Of a stretch of 64,000 bases of DNA, positions 28,884-39,175 are shown piece after piece (the first letter of the stretch is position 1; each line of letters starts with the position of its first letter). Under the pieces are notes generated by a model. The model was not told the DNA's origin, ran no database searches, and worked only from the letters and a program-made list of their open reading frames with translations. This stretch comes from Gemmatimonadota bacterium (GTDB taxonomy: Bacteria; Gemmatimonadota; Gemmatimonadetes; Palauibacterales; KS3-K002), in the NCBI GenBank assembly GCA_039586795.1, contig JBDHJS010000003.1, positions 96,001-160,000 on the forward strand, read 5' to 3'. The translations under genes were made by a program, and so were the position numbers.

Positions 28884-30614
28884 CTACACCGGCTCGTGGG
28901 TAGACTGTGTTCGCGCACTACTCACGACGTCACCCCGTACCACGCGCTCAGGAAAACGCGACTTCACCTCGTCGACCTGGCTTTCGACAGCGTCGGAGGT
29001 CAATCCTAACTCTCCAGCCAGAATCGCAGCACATTCCCGCAAGGCTCCCTCACCGGGGTACTCACCGGTCGCCAAGTCCGTGCGTCGCAACACTATATCG
29101 CCTAGGGTTTGAGCCATCTCTTCGCGAACGGCGTGTACGACCTGCGCCTTGATTGTATCCGCGCCCGCGATAGGATCGGCGAGTGACGGATCGTCTCGCG
29201 TGTGCTCCAGGACGCTTCCGTATTCAGAACCGTAGTTGTGGACTAGCGACCGCACCGTCTCGTCACCCAACGCGCTCGCGTGCTTGCGCATGGCCTCGGC
29301 GAGGAAGCTCTCGACATCGTCTACCTCGCCGCCGACCACCGGTGTACTGGCGGTCCTGCATTTCGGCGCTCGGTAGCCGAGCTTTCGATATACGATGTTT
29401 ATCGCGCGCTCGGCCTCGTACCGTCCCGTCGTGAAACGCACTCCGATGAGCGAGATCAGGTTCTCGAGCCCGTCGGTCTTGGCGTGATCGATCAGTCGGG
29501 ATCGATGCCCGTAGCGCAGATGTTGCTCACCCTCAGGGTTGTCTCCGAAGGGCACGAGCCCCGCGTTCCACATGGAGACATCATCCAGCGTGAGCTGAAG
29601 GTCCGGATAGCCCGCGTTGACTTCGGCGATGAACTTCTCCAGCTCAGCATCGCTTACGGTAAAACCATCGGGGTCATCTTCATACACGACATGCCAGGTC
29701 CCGATCAGTGTGTAACCGCGCCATGGCGCGACGAAGAGATGCCGTTCGCCGCGGCTCAACACCGCTTCCGGATCGTGCGTCTTACCCTGCACCGCCAGCG
29801 CGACCTTGTCGTCCAACAGTTGCCGCGGCACGACAAAGCAAGCGTCGCGTGAGTATGTGCCCGGAGGAGACAATCGAACGTCCGCCGCCCTATCCAGCAG
29901 CCGCTCGGCATACGGGCCCGCCGCGTTAAGCACAACTTTGGCCTTGATGTCGAGAGATTCGCCGGAGAGCGTATCACGTACGACGACACCGGTTACTTTG
30001 TCTCCGCTGCGGAGAAAGCCCGTCGCTTCAACGTGGTTGGCGGCTACCGCTCCGGCGGCAACTGCGCTTTGTAGAAACGCGAGCACGAGTCGCGGCGGAT
30101 TGTACATCTGTCCATCGCAGAAGACCGCTCCGCCCGTCAGGCCCTCCCGGTCAAGTCCGGGGAACATCTCCAGGATCCGGCTGCGACTGAGTGGCTTGCC
30201 CCACGGGATCTGACGTGTCGGATCCGAAACGCCACGATTCTTGTCTATTGTAAGCAGGTCATACAGCGCCATCCCTGCTCGCAGTGCCGCTTTCCCCTTC
30301 ATCCCATGGCCGTACGTGGGTATGACGATCGGCAGGGGACTCACCAGGTGAGGCGCGACCCGCAGGAACGCGCGTCGCTCCTGGCTCGACTGGCGAACAC
30401 GATAGGCATCGCCGTGCTGGACGTATCGGATACCGCCGTGGACGATCTTGAACGAATTGGCGCTCGCGGCACTGCAAAAGTCATGACGCTCGATTATCGC
30501 CGCCGAGAGTCCCCGTTGCGCGGCGTCCCAAGCGGCGCAGGCGCCGAAAATGCCACCGCCGATCACGACTACATCGAACTCCTGGTCCGCTAAGCGACTG
30601 ACGTCCCGTTTCAT
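28884..30614 (-). CDS. FAD-dependent glycerol-3-phosphate dehydrogenase/oxidase-like protein
   Basis: DVVVIGGGIFG..AA.DAA.RGL, ER.DF..A.S..S.KIVHGGIRY, VLNAAGP, and C-terminal EEMA.TL.D.V.RRT. Confidence 0.85.
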   Translation of the reverse strand: MKRDVSRLADQEFDVVVIGGGIFGACAAWDAAQRGLSAAIIERHDFCSAASANSFKIVHGGIRYVQHGDAYRVRQSSQERRAFLRVAPHLVSPLPIVIPTYGHGMKGKAALRAGMALYDLLTIDKNRGVSDPTRQIPWGKPLSRSRILEMFPGLDREGLTGGAVFCDGQMYNPPRLVLAFLQSAVAAGAVAANHVEATGFLRSGDKVTGVVVRDTLSGESLDIKAKVVLNAAGPYAERLLDRAADVRLSPPGTYSRDACFVVPRQLLDDKVALAVQGKTHDPEAVLSRGERHLFVAPWRGYTLIGTWHVVYEDDPDGFTVSDAELEKFIAEVNAGYPDLQLTLDDVSMWNAGLVPFGDNPEGEQHLRYGHRSRLIDHAKTDGLENLISLIGVRFTTGRYEAERAINIVYRKLGYRAPKCRTASTPVVGGEVDDVESFLAEAMRKHASALGDETVRSLVHNYGSEYGSVLEHTRDDPSLADPIAGADTIKAQVVHAVREEMAQTLGDIVLRRTDLATGEYPGEGALRECAAILAGELGLTSDAVESQVDEVKSRFPERVVRGDVVSSARTQSTHEPV

Positions 30615-30635
30615 TGATTCAAAGACCTTCTTCTA

Positions 30636-32582
30636 TCAGGCCGCAGCATTGCGAGCCTTCGATCGCTGTGTGATCTGATCCGTTAGCTGCTCTTCTGCCC
30701 GGCCCTGAATAAACATTTGGTACCATACTTCGCTGTTAACGAGCAGCCAGAGACGATTGCCGTGATCTGCACGGCCCGCCCGATGTTCTTGCAGCATCGC
30801 GTCGATCGGGCCCTGATTGAGAATCCCCTCGCGAGCCAGTTGTGTATCGCTGAGGAAGATGCTGTAGAGCAGATTCAATTCGCCCTTCAGCATATAGGGC
30901 AATGCCGACGAGAAGCCCTGTTTCTTTCTGGCCAATAACTCTGGCGGCAAGAGGCGCTTGGCGAGCTGCACCTGGATGTATCGCAACTGCCGCCCGCGCA
31001 CTTTGTACTTGGCCGGAAGCCGCGCCGTGAACTCGGCCACCTCGTGGTCCATGAACGGACTCCGCGCCTCCAGGCCGTGCGCCATGGTCATGCGATCCTG
31101 AATCATGACCGGGTGATCCGGCATCCGAGACTGGCAGTCCGCGTAGAGCATGCGGTCGACGACGTCATTAGCCTCGGCCCGCTCGTATGCATCGCGCATA
31201 AGCACGCCGGGGTCGAATTCGGCAGCCGACTCCCGCATCACCGGCCCGTACAACGAGTCCTTGTACGCTCCGTTCATGTAGAAGTAGCTGAGGCTTTCGA
31301 TGTATCGCTCGCCGCCGCTGAAGTTCGAGAGACGATGCAGCCACTTGAGCTGGTGGCCCGGACTCTTGTACCACCGGCCATCCGGTATCAATCCGAGCAC
31401 TGCGCCGATCATTCGACGCAGAGCCACCGGGACCCTGGCATAGTGGTCGGCGTATCGGTTCCCGTAGTAGCGATCGTATCCGCCGAACAGCTCGTCGCCG
31501 CCGTCTCCGCCCAACACGACCTTCACATGTTCGCGAGCCATCTGCGCGATCAGGTCCATGCAGACCGATAGGGGGTCCGACGGTTCATCCAGCTGGCGCA
31601 CCAATCTTGGCAGCGCACCCAGCAAGGAAGGGTTGATCTCCTGCTCGTGATGGCGCGTGCCGTACCGATCGGCGACGAGCCGAGCCGCTGGCGCCTCGTC
31701 AAACTCGCCATAGGGCAGACCAACCGAAAACGTCTGAAAGTCCTCGGCCAGCTTGTGCTTCCTCAGCAGCGCTACGACCAACGTCGAGTCCAGTCCGCCG
31801 CTCATGAACGCGCCCACCGGCACGTCGCTGACCAGGTGCAAGCGGATGCATTCGACCAGGCGCTCTTCCAGTTCCTCGAGCAGATCGGACTCGCTGCCGC
31901 CGACCTTCGGCTCGTAGGGCAGGTCCCAATAGCGCTCGACCTTGAGCCCGCTTTCGCGATCAAATGTCAGGTAGTGGGCGGGCGGTAGCTTGCGGATCTC
32001 CGAGAACATGCTGCGCGGAGCGGATATCAAGCGCAGGGTCAGATACTCGTCCAGCGCGGCCCGATCCAGTTGCGCCAGGCTCGGGTCGGCCGTGAGCAGT
32101 GCCTTGATTTCGGATCCGAACAGCAGCTGGCCATCACGGGCTGCATAGTAGAAAGGCTTTTGGCCCAAACGGTCGCGGGCGGCGAACAACCTCTGTCGCC
32201 GGGCGTCCCAGATCGCGAAGCCGAACATGCCACGCAGATGCTGGAGACAGTCCGTTCCGTGCCGCTCGTAGAGGTGGAGGATCGTCTCCGTGTCGGAGTT
32301 CGTTCGGAACTGATGACCTTCGTTCAGGAGGCGCTGGCGCAACTCCTGATAGTTGTAGATCTCGCCGTTGAAGATGATCCAGACGCTACCGTCGCTATTG
32401 CTCATCGGCTGGTGTCCGCCTTCGAGATCGATGATGCTCAGTCGACGGAAACCCAAACCGACGTTGTCCTTCAGATATATCCCCTCATCATCCGGCCCGC
32501 GGTGCGCCAGCGATCGGGTCATCTGGATGAGCTTGTCCTTGGGAATCGGCTCAGCCGCTATCCAGCCACAAATGCCACACAT
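30636..32582 (-). CDS. asnB: Asparagine synthase (glutamine-hydrolysing) family amidotransferase
   Basis: N-terminal MCGICG, HRGPD, FNGEIYN, SGGLDS, GDGGDELFGGY, EARSPF.D. In a glycan locus it most likely amidates a glycan substrate. Confidence 0.92.
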   Translation of the reverse strand: MCGICGWIAAEPIPKDKLIQMTRSLAHRGPDDEGIYLKDNVGLGFRRLSIIDLEGGHQPMSNSDGSVWIIFNGEIYNYQELRQRLLNEGHQFRTNSDTETILHLYERHGTDCLQHLRGMFGFAIWDARRQRLFAARDRLGQKPFYYAARDGQLLFGSEIKALLTADPSLAQLDRAALDEYLTLRLISAPRSMFSEIRKLPPAHYLTFDRESGLKVERYWDLPYEPKVGGSESDLLEELEERLVECIRLHLVSDVPVGAFMSGGLDSTLVVALLRKHKLAEDFQTFSVGLPYGEFDEAPAARLVADRYGTRHHEQEINPSLLGALPRLVRQLDEPSDPLSVCMDLIAQMAREHVKVVLGGDGGDELFGGYDRYYGNRYADHYARVPVALRRMIGAVLGLIPDGRWYKSPGHQLKWLHRLSNFSGGERYIESLSYFYMNGAYKDSLYGPVMRESAAEFDPGVLMRDAYERAEANDVVDRMLYADCQSRMPDHPVMIQDRMTMAHGLEARSPFMDHEVAEFTARLPAKYKVRGRQLRYIQVQLAKRLLPPELLARKKQGFSSALPYMLKGELNLLYSIFLSDTQLAREGILNQGPIDAMLQEHRAGRADHGNRLWLLVNSEVWYQMFIQGRAEEQLTDQITQRSKARNAAA

Positions 32583-32618
32583 ACGCTGCGCTAAGCCTCC
32601 GAACTCCGGTGATGTCTC

Positions 32619-33377
32619 TCAGCTCGGCCTGCTGGCCACCGCGGCGATCTTCTTCGTGAAGATCTTGTTCTTCTTACCGTACAAGACGAACAGCGCCCTG
32701 AACGTGAAGCTGAAGAACGACGACACCGCCCAAGCTACGTAGTTGAAGGGGTTCGCATAGAACACATAGAGATGCAAGCCGAAGACGGTGATGTTCTTGA
32801 ACCCACTGTATTCGAGAACCTGCTCCAGCGAGTAAGACGTGAACGTGTTGAAATGGTCGAAGTTCTGTGCCAGCGTCTCCGCACCCACGATTGGGTTTGC
32901 TCCGTTCAAGCCGTGACAGATCAACCTGCCACCTGGCTTCAGCTTGCTCCACACCAGTCTCAAGAAATCGACCATCTCATCCTTTGTGAGATGGTTGAGC
33001 TCTTGTTCGCAGATGATGGCATCAAAGGGTTGCTCCGAAGCTTCCAGCTCCTCGAAGGCAGTGCCCTGGCGACAGTTCAGACCGCGTTTGATGGCGTGTT
33101 CCACCTTCCCGCCGTCCGAGTCGATTCCGAGGGCGTCCGAGTAACCTTCCTCCGCCAGCATGTTCACGAAGTAGCCCGGACCACAGCTTATCACCAAGAT
33201 GTGCGCTGCTTTGTCCGCGGGAACGTGCTTCAGATAATTGACCCGATAGAACTGGCCGAGCGATTTGTATCCGCTTTCGATATTGTCCGGACCCTCCCAG
33301 AACGAATCGAAGCGCTCCAACCTCGCGCTGAGCTGAACCCCGGAGGTGGCGGCTGTACCTGCTTCCATCTTCGTCAT
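32619..33377 (-). CDS. Class I SAM-dependent methyltransferase
   Basis: ILVISCGPG (motif I variant), GIDSD, FDAIICEQELNHL, LKPGGRL. Confidence 0.8.
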   Translation of the reverse strand: MTKMEAGTAATSGVQLSARLERFDSFWEGPDNIESGYKSLGQFYRVNYLKHVPADKAAHILVISCGPGYFVNMLAEEGYSDALGIDSDGGKVEHAIKRGLNCRQGTAFEELEASEQPFDAIICEQELNHLTKDEMVDFLRLVWSKLKPGGRLICHGLNGANPIVGAETLAQNFDHFNTFTSYSLEQVLEYSGFKNITVFGLHLYVFYANPFNYVAWAVSSFFSFTFRALFVLYGKKNKIFTKKIAAVASRPS

Positions 33378-33437
33378 CTCATCAGCTGAAGTGGCCGTCT
33401 ATCTTATTGTGTATAAAGCGTTTACGCTACCAGCCCG

Positions 33438-34430
33438 TTAAAGCATGCCGCGGCTCTGGTACCATTCCGCGGTGCGCGCCGCACCCTCTCTGAACCGCAC
33501 CTTCGGCTCGTAACCGATCGCCGACCGTGCGTCCTCGCCATTGAAGTCGAAGCTCTTCACGAAAAAGTTCATTCGCCGGCGATGGAGTGGTGGTTGCACA
33601 CCGATCGGTCTCAAGACTCCCTCCATGACGACGGCCGTTGTCATCAACGGCCACAACGGAACGCGGAGCTTGGGGGGGCCGACGTCCAGCGCCTCACAGA
33701 TCTGGCCGACCATCTCATCTGTAGTGATCGCCTCCGGCCCTGAAAGCACGTATGTCTTTCCCGGCGCACCATCCGATGTGGCGGTCAGCCGCAGACCATC
33801 CACCAGGTCGTCGATATAGACAAGATGATGCAGATTCTTACCCGGGCCGATCATGAAGAATCGTTTCTTGGCGATTCCTTTGAACAGTTTAAGCAGACGG
33901 CGGTCGGCCGGTCCGTAGGTCTCCGAAATCCTGGCGATGCCGATCGGTAACTTGTCGGAGTAACCGCGTACGACCTTCTCACCCTCCAGCTTAGTGATCC
34001 CGTAGATATTGTCGGGCTCGAGCGGCGAATCATCCGTCACGGGCCCATCACGACCGATACCGTACACGCCTATCGTGCTGCCATGGACGAAGCGCTGCAC
34101 GCCTTGCCCGATCGCCGCTTCGATCAGGTTCTTCGTACCCTCTACGTTGACATCGTAGAAATGGCTATCCGGTACGTTGGCTTCATGCTGAGCGGCGGCC
34201 AGATGATAGACCACATCAACTCCGGAGCAGGCACGGTCCACCGACCCCCGATCCGTGACCGATCCATCGACGACCTCTATGCCGTGCGCTTCTATCTCGC
34301 CGGCATTCTGTCGCTCCGCGGGCGTGTTCTTCTGAGCTAGGACACGGACGGCCTCGCCCTCACCTATGCAGCGCAGGGCGAGCTGCGAGCCGATGAAACC
34401 CGTTCCACCCGTAATCAGGACCTTGGTCAT
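33438..34430 (-). CDS. NAD-dependent epimerase/dehydratase (extended SDR)
   Basis: VLITGGTGFIG, YHLAA, NVEGT, YGITK (YxxxK). Confidence 0.92.
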   Translation of the reverse strand: MTKVLITGGTGFIGSQLALRCIGEGEAVRVLAQKNTPAERQNAGEIEAHGIEVVDGSVTDRGSVDRACSGVDVVYHLAAAQHEANVPDSHFYDVNVEGTKNLIEAAIGQGVQRFVHGSTIGVYGIGRDGPVTDDSPLEPDNIYGITKLEGEKVVRGYSDKLPIGIARISETYGPADRRLLKLFKGIAKKRFFMIGPGKNLHHLVYIDDLVDGLRLTATSDGAPGKTYVLSGPEAITTDEMVGQICEALDVGPPKLRVPLWPLMTTAVVMEGVLRPIGVQPPLHRRRMNFFVKSFDFNGEDARSAIGYEPKVRFREGAARTAEWYQSRGML

Positions 34431-34436
34431 ATCGTG

Positions 34437-36224
34437 CTACCGTGTCGCCGCTCCGGCGCTCTCCGTATCCGTCTGTCTACCTTCGTGATCCCGCGCCGGG
34501 TTCTTCGCCAGGAACGGACCGATGGCCAGCGCGTCGAGATGACCCTTCTGAAATGCCCGAACCGCGTCCTGCGGAGTGCATACGATCGGTTCTTCGTGAA
34601 TGTTGAAGCTCGTGTTCACGAAGCATGACAGACCCGTTAACTGCTTGAATTCCTTGAGAATACGATAGTAGCCGGGGTTGTCTGTCTCGCTCACGATCTG
34701 CGGTCGAGCCGTAGCATCGACGTGCACGACGCCAGGACACGTCTTCTGCATCAGCTCGGTGCAATCGAATGTGATCGTCATGAAGCGCGCCGTGTCGCGA
34801 GCGCCCTCCAGCCCGTTGAAGTACTTGTGCGCGTCTTCGGCGAGCGCGGTCGGCGCGAACGGCATGAACTCGCTTCGTCCCAAGCGAGTGTTCAGCCAAT
34901 CGTTCACCTCGGGCTCATCGGGCCGATAGAGGATGGTTCGGTTACCCAGAGCGCGCGGGCCGTATTCCATGCGACCCGACACACGTGCGACCACCCAATT
35001 GTCGGCCACCAGGCGAGCGACTTCGCCCTCCAGGTAGTCGGGGCGCGTGAACTCGCAACCGCCGGCTTCGAGGGCCGACTCGATCTCCTTGTCAGTGAAG
35101 CCCGGGCCCAGGTAGACGTGGTCGAGGCACTTCTCTGCCTTCTTCGCCTCTTCCGGTCGAAGCCTTGCCCACTGGGTCAACGCGGCGCCGGCAGCGATTC
35201 CTTCGTCGGACATCGCCGGGTAGACGAAGACCGAGTTCACGCCGGGTATTTCGTGCACCCGTTGATTGATCTTGACGTTGGCGAAAACGCCGCCGGCGAG
35301 CGCTACGTTGCTCTTGCCGGTCTTCTCTTTCCAATAGGACACGTAGTTCGTCGTGATATCTTCAGCCACATCCTGGACCGTGGATGACAGATCCTCGCGG
35401 TTCCAATCGTCCGGCAGCGCAGCCTGCAGCTTATTGACCGCCGCATGTCTAAAAGCGTTGGCGACGTTGGTCATCGATCCATCCGAGTAGCGAATGAAGC
35501 GATCGAAGATATCTCTATAGACCGGCTTTCCGTACGCTGCGAGGCCCGTGATCTTCCCCTCGTGCTTGCCTGCCTTGAAACCACAGACGTGCGTCACATA
35601 CGCGTACCAGTCGCCCAATGAGTCGAACGAAGGTACTGAGTGCAGATGACGCCAGCCCCCGTCTTCAAACTCGTAGACATGCGAGGAATGGCCATCGCCC
35701 GCCCCATCCAACGTCACGACCAACGAGTCCTCGAATCCGCTCGCGAAGTGAGCCGCCACAGCGTGAGTGAGATGGTGCGATACGAATTCAACCGGGCATG
35801 TGATATCGAACTCATCCCGCAGTACCTGGCGAATCGTGTCGCGCCGCTTGGCGAACGCGGGTTTACGCAAATCGTAGTAGAGCTTCTCGAGAATGGGCGC
35901 CTTGCTGCGCAGCCAACTCAAGCGCGAGCCCATCGAGAAGAACAGGTTCCGGACCACGCCCTCATCGACGCCGAACACGCCGTTGTCGAACGGTACGTAC
36001 TCATTCAGGAAATGGCCCCACTCCGATGCAATCGCCACCTGATCGAGCTCTTCAGGCTTCACTCCGGCTATCTCGAGAACGGCCGCGATGGACTTGCGGG
36101 GAAAGCCCATGACCATCTTCATCCGCGCAAGGCGTTCTTCGTTCACGGCCGCGAGGATCTTGCCATCTTCTATGATCGCAGCACCGCTGGTGAAGTGATC
36201 ACTGATACCGAGTATCCGCATCAA
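34437..36224 (-). CDS. O-carbamoyltransferase (NodU/CmcH family)
   Basis: ILGIS....AA...DG.ILAA.NEERL.R.K, HHLTHA, DGAGD, EGKITGLAAYG, LAGGVFANVK.N, GR.EYGPRALGNR, NTSFN.HEEPIVCTP. Confidence 0.93.
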   Translation of the reverse strand: MMRILGISDHFTSGAAIIEDGKILAAVNEERLARMKMVMGFPRKSIAAVLEIAGVKPEELDQVAIASEWGHFLNEYVPFDNGVFGVDEGVVRNLFFSMGSRLSWLRSKAPILEKLYYDLRKPAFAKRRDTIRQVLRDEFDITCPVEFVSHHLTHAVAAHFASGFEDSLVVTLDGAGDGHSSHVYEFEDGGWRHLHSVPSFDSLGDWYAYVTHVCGFKAGKHEGKITGLAAYGKPVYRDIFDRFIRYSDGSMTNVANAFRHAAVNKLQAALPDDWNREDLSSTVQDVAEDITTNYVSYWKEKTGKSNVALAGGVFANVKINQRVHEIPGVNSVFVYPAMSDEGIAAGAALTQWARLRPEEAKKAEKCLDHVYLGPGFTDKEIESALEAGGCEFTRPDYLEGEVARLVADNWVVARVSGRMEYGPRALGNRTILYRPDEPEVNDWLNTRLGRSEFMPFAPTALAEDAHKYFNGLEGARDTARFMTITFDCTELMQKTCPGVVHVDATARPQIVSETDNPGYYRILKEFKQLTGLSCFVNTSFNIHEEPIVCTPQDAVRAFQKGHLDALAIGPFLAKNPARDHEGRQTDTESAGAATR

Positions 36225-36254
36225 ATTGCTCCTCTCAAAACTCGAAAACCGGTT

Positions 36255-37325
36255 CTACTCACTGTGAACAGCCTGATTGGCGGCGAATCGCTCGCCCGCC
36301 GACGAAAGAGTTTCTTTAGGAGTGCGATCTCCTACGAAGTAGAAGTACGCACCTACAAGAGCGAACGGCACCATCAAGACCCGCATCAACAGAATCGTGG
36401 CCAGTGCCGTCTCACTCGCCACACCGTAGTGACCCATCACGTACATGAATGAACCTTCGACGAGGCCAAACCCGCCCAGACTGATCGGCAGTAGTCCGAT
36501 CAGTTCGACCGCCACCAGGGCGACCGTCAGCTCGAGGACGTTGACCGGGGTACCAAGAGCGAACAGCAGCAGCCAGACCACGCAGATCTTGTTCACGTGG
36601 AAGACGAACGAAATCAAGCCCGCAAGAGCACTGCGACCCGGCTGACGGCGAAAATCGCTCGCCAGGTCGAGCAGAGCATTCATCGGCTTCGGCCAAAAGC
36701 GGCTGCTGGATATTCGATCGACGAGGGAAAACCTGTAGGTCACCCACGTTCCAAGGATAGCCGCCGCAAGGCCAACGCTGACCAGCGTCACGACCAGACC
36801 GGCGACTGAGTCAGCGCTGCTTCTATATATGATGATTGACGCGACATAGCCGAGCCCAACCAGCGCCGCGAGTCCGGTAACCCGCTCGACGAAAACCGCC
36901 AGCACAGCACATGCCTTGCCGCGAGGATTGTCGAAGGTCTTAAAGACCCGGTACCCATCGCCACCGATGCTGGTAGGAAGGAAATGGTTGAAGAAAAGCG
37001 CCACAAAGTACCAGCGAACCAGCTTGCCCAGCTTGAATCTTACGTCGTGAATCGCGAGGAGCTGCTGCCATTTGAAAGCACTGACGACAACTCCGCCGAA
37101 GCGCATCACGACGACTACGCCGATAATCCAGAGCGTCGACCCACGAACCGTGTTCCAGAATTGCGTCCATTCAACCTGCGTAACGATCCAACCACACAGT
37201 GCCAGCGTGACCGCGAGCTTGACGGCGAACAGCAGTCGCCGCCGGAGCGGCGAGCGCTTCGCGTTGTCTCGACCCACGGATCCTTGCGTCGCGCCTCGCG
37301 CGGCGTAGTCGCTGACCTGGTTCAT
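36255..37325 (-). CDS. Lysylphosphatidylglycerol synthase TM-domain (flippase-like) membrane protein
   Basis: A.KW..LL, FFNHFLPTSIGGDG.R, V.VER..GL, LLPISLGG.GL.EG. Start ATG 37325 overlaps the upstream stop. Confidence 0.85.
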   Translation of the reverse strand: MNQVSDYAARGATQGSVGRDNAKRSPLRRRLLFAVKLAVTLALCGWIVTQVEWTQFWNTVRGSTLWIIGVVVVMRFGGVVVSAFKWQQLLAIHDVRFKLGKLVRWYFVALFFNHFLPTSIGGDGYRVFKTFDNPRGKACAVLAVFVERVTGLAALVGLGYVASIIIYRSSADSVAGLVVTLVSVGLAAAILGTWVTYRFSLVDRISSSRFWPKPMNALLDLASDFRRQPGRSALAGLISFVFHVNKICVVWLLLFALGTPVNVLELTVALVAVELIGLLPISLGGFGLVEGSFMYVMGHYGVASETALATILLMRVLMVPFALVGAYFYFVGDRTPKETLSSAGERFAANQAVHSE

Positions 37326-38857
37326 GCTTGCGCCAGTTCCCCCTGTGGGATTCCACTCTTCAACACAGCCGGAAGATAATCGCCAAGACGCAGCGCAAAC
37401 GCGGCTATTGTGAGCACCGGTTGTATCGCCGCTCCGGTCGTGAACACCTCGGAACCGCACACGTAGAGGTTGTCGCACCCGTGCACTCGAAGATTGCCGT
37501 CAACGACACTTGCCCTGGGATTCTCACCCATCCGGCATGAGCCGATGTGATGACGTGACCAGGTGAGCTCGATCTCTTCCAGGTCCGTGCCCCCTGCGTT
37601 GACGAGCGTCGTCTTGATCAGCTCACGGGAACGTTCGATCAACCGTCGGTCCTGCTCCGAAAAATTCATGACCAGGTGCGCAATCGGGTTACCGAACGGA
37701 TCCTTCTTGGCAGAAGACAGAACTACGCGGTTGTCATCCGCCGGGACCATCTCCAAGGTCGGGCTCATGTACAGCGTAGCCTTGGCCAGCCGTTTCATCA
37801 TCTTCACCGCATGCTTCGGGAGATCGACCACGCGATAGCGCAAAAGGTGATTGGGGAAGACCCACGACTGTATCACGACGGCGTGGATCGCGCCGAGTCC
37901 CTCGTCACGAAATCGGTCGTAGTACTGGTGCGTGCGTCCGATCTTGTGCTTCGGATACAGCGTGTGCCAGCTATGGCGGACCTTGCTGTAGAAGTTCAGC
38001 GAGGGGTGCTCGTTGAAGCCGCGCCCGACGCGGTCATACTGATTGCCGATTCCGTTCGGGTACCGCTCGGACCGGGATAGCAATAGCAATCGCGGAGACT
38101 GCAATCCACCACCACAAACAACGAACAACCGCGCGCGGGCGGTCTTGACCTCTCCGTCTAACGTGCGTGCCTCGGCTCCGGTGATGCTGCCATCTTCATC
38201 GTGAATGAGCCGGGTGACCGTAACACCGGAAACCAGAGTGCCCAGATTCGACTCCGTGAAGCGAGGCAAGATCTCCTTCTGGACGCGGAAAAAGCGTATC
38301 GCCTTCGCCGGAGTCGCCGTAGGCGAGTCGTCCAGCGTCAGATCGGCCCTGGCCATGTACTCCTTCAGCGAACTGATGTCCGGGCTGGGCGGAAGAGGTA
38401 GATCTTGTTTTCGCGGTGGCGCATACTTCGACAACTTGCCGCCACGCACCCTTAGCGTCTTCTCGGCGCGATAGTAATACGGCTCTACTTCATCGAAGCT
38501 CACCGGCCACGGATTGCCCGCCGGCGTGTAGGCGTGCTGCGCGAAGTCCGACGGGTGAAACCGTTCACAACGGCCAGTCCAGAAATTCGAGTTGCCGCCG
38601 ATCAGCCGGGACGTCGTGTGGGTTAGAGGGTATTTTGTATCACCGCTCACCTCGTACTCGGCAAGCTGCTTAAGGCGCGGATCGACCAGCCAGTCGACCA
38701 GACTGTTTCCAGATTCGAGCAGCAGCGTCCGCACGCCTTGCTCCACAAGCGACGTCGCCAGGATCGTCCCTGCCGGACCCGAGCCGATGACGCAGACGTC
38801 GTAAGGCTCTGACGCGTCGAGTGCATCGAGGTTAGCAACCAGTTTCCGCTTTGGCAT
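37322..38857 (-). CDS. GMC-family FAD oxidoreductase
   Basis: DVCVIGSGPAG, LLESG, IGGNSNFW, GG.QSPRLLL.S, HHIGSCRMG, VVDGNLRVHG.DNLYV.GS.VF. Start ATG 38857 behind GGCGGAGA. Confidence 0.92.
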   Translation of the reverse strand: MPKRKLVANLDALDASEPYDVCVIGSGPAGTILATSLVEQGVRTLLLESGNSLVDWLVDPRLKQLAEYEVSGDTKYPLTHTTSRLIGGNSNFWTGRCERFHPSDFAQHAYTPAGNPWPVSFDEVEPYYYRAEKTLRVRGGKLSKYAPPRKQDLPLPPSPDISSLKEYMARADLTLDDSPTATPAKAIRFFRVQKEILPRFTESNLGTLVSGVTVTRLIHDEDGSITGAEARTLDGEVKTARARLFVVCGGGLQSPRLLLLSRSERYPNGIGNQYDRVGRGFNEHPSLNFYSKVRHSWHTLYPKHKIGRTHQYYDRFRDEGLGAIHAVVIQSWVFPNHLLRYRVVDLPKHAVKMMKRLAKATLYMSPTLEMVPADDNRVVLSSAKKDPFGNPIAHLVMNFSEQDRRLIERSRELIKTTLVNAGGTDLEEIELTWSRHHIGSCRMGENPRASVVDGNLRVHGCDNLYVCGSEVFTTGAAIQPVLTIAAFALRLGDYLPAVLKSGIPQGELAQA

Positions 38858-38978
38858 ATCTCCGCCCTTGCCGCTTAACAGCGTGCCAGCGCTCGGCACC
38901 GAACGCCCGCGCTCGCAGCTATAAACCCGCGTCTAAGTGATTCCGCCGAGGTTTCTGCAACTCGGCGGCACCCAAGGT

Positions 38979-38994
38979 TGCAATTACGGGGCCC
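38979..38994 (-). promoter_or_regulatory. Candidate sigma-54 -24/-12 promoter for the 11.7-kb GMC-to-DNRLRE tailoring operon
   Basis: Minus strand GGGCCCCGTAATTGCA, about 120 nt upstream of the start at 38857 and downstream of a terminator. Confidence 0.5.
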
Positions 38995-39100
38995 GCTGGC
39001 GACGATCTGCCGGCCCGCTCACAACGTTGAAACGCCACGCGCTGATTGGGCTGCGGCGGTCACCCCAGCCAGAGCTGTGGCATCGCTGCAACACCACCAG

Positions 39101-39139
39101 GAAAACAAACCCGGCGTCGCACGATCGTCCGACGCCGGG
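39101..39139 (-). terminator. Rho-independent terminator after the epimerase gene
   Basis: Stem CCCGGCGTCG / CGACGCCGGG, followed on the minus strand by TTTGTTTTC. Confidence 0.7.
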
Positions 39140-39175
39140 GCACCCGTTTCTTCCCTCGAACCGCCCGGGGCTCGT

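Noticed and set aside
38873..38888. TGGCACGCTGTTAAGC on the minus strand as a sigma-54 promoter
   Set aside because: The -24 element is perfect, but GG-to-GC spacing is 11 nt rather than the strict 10.
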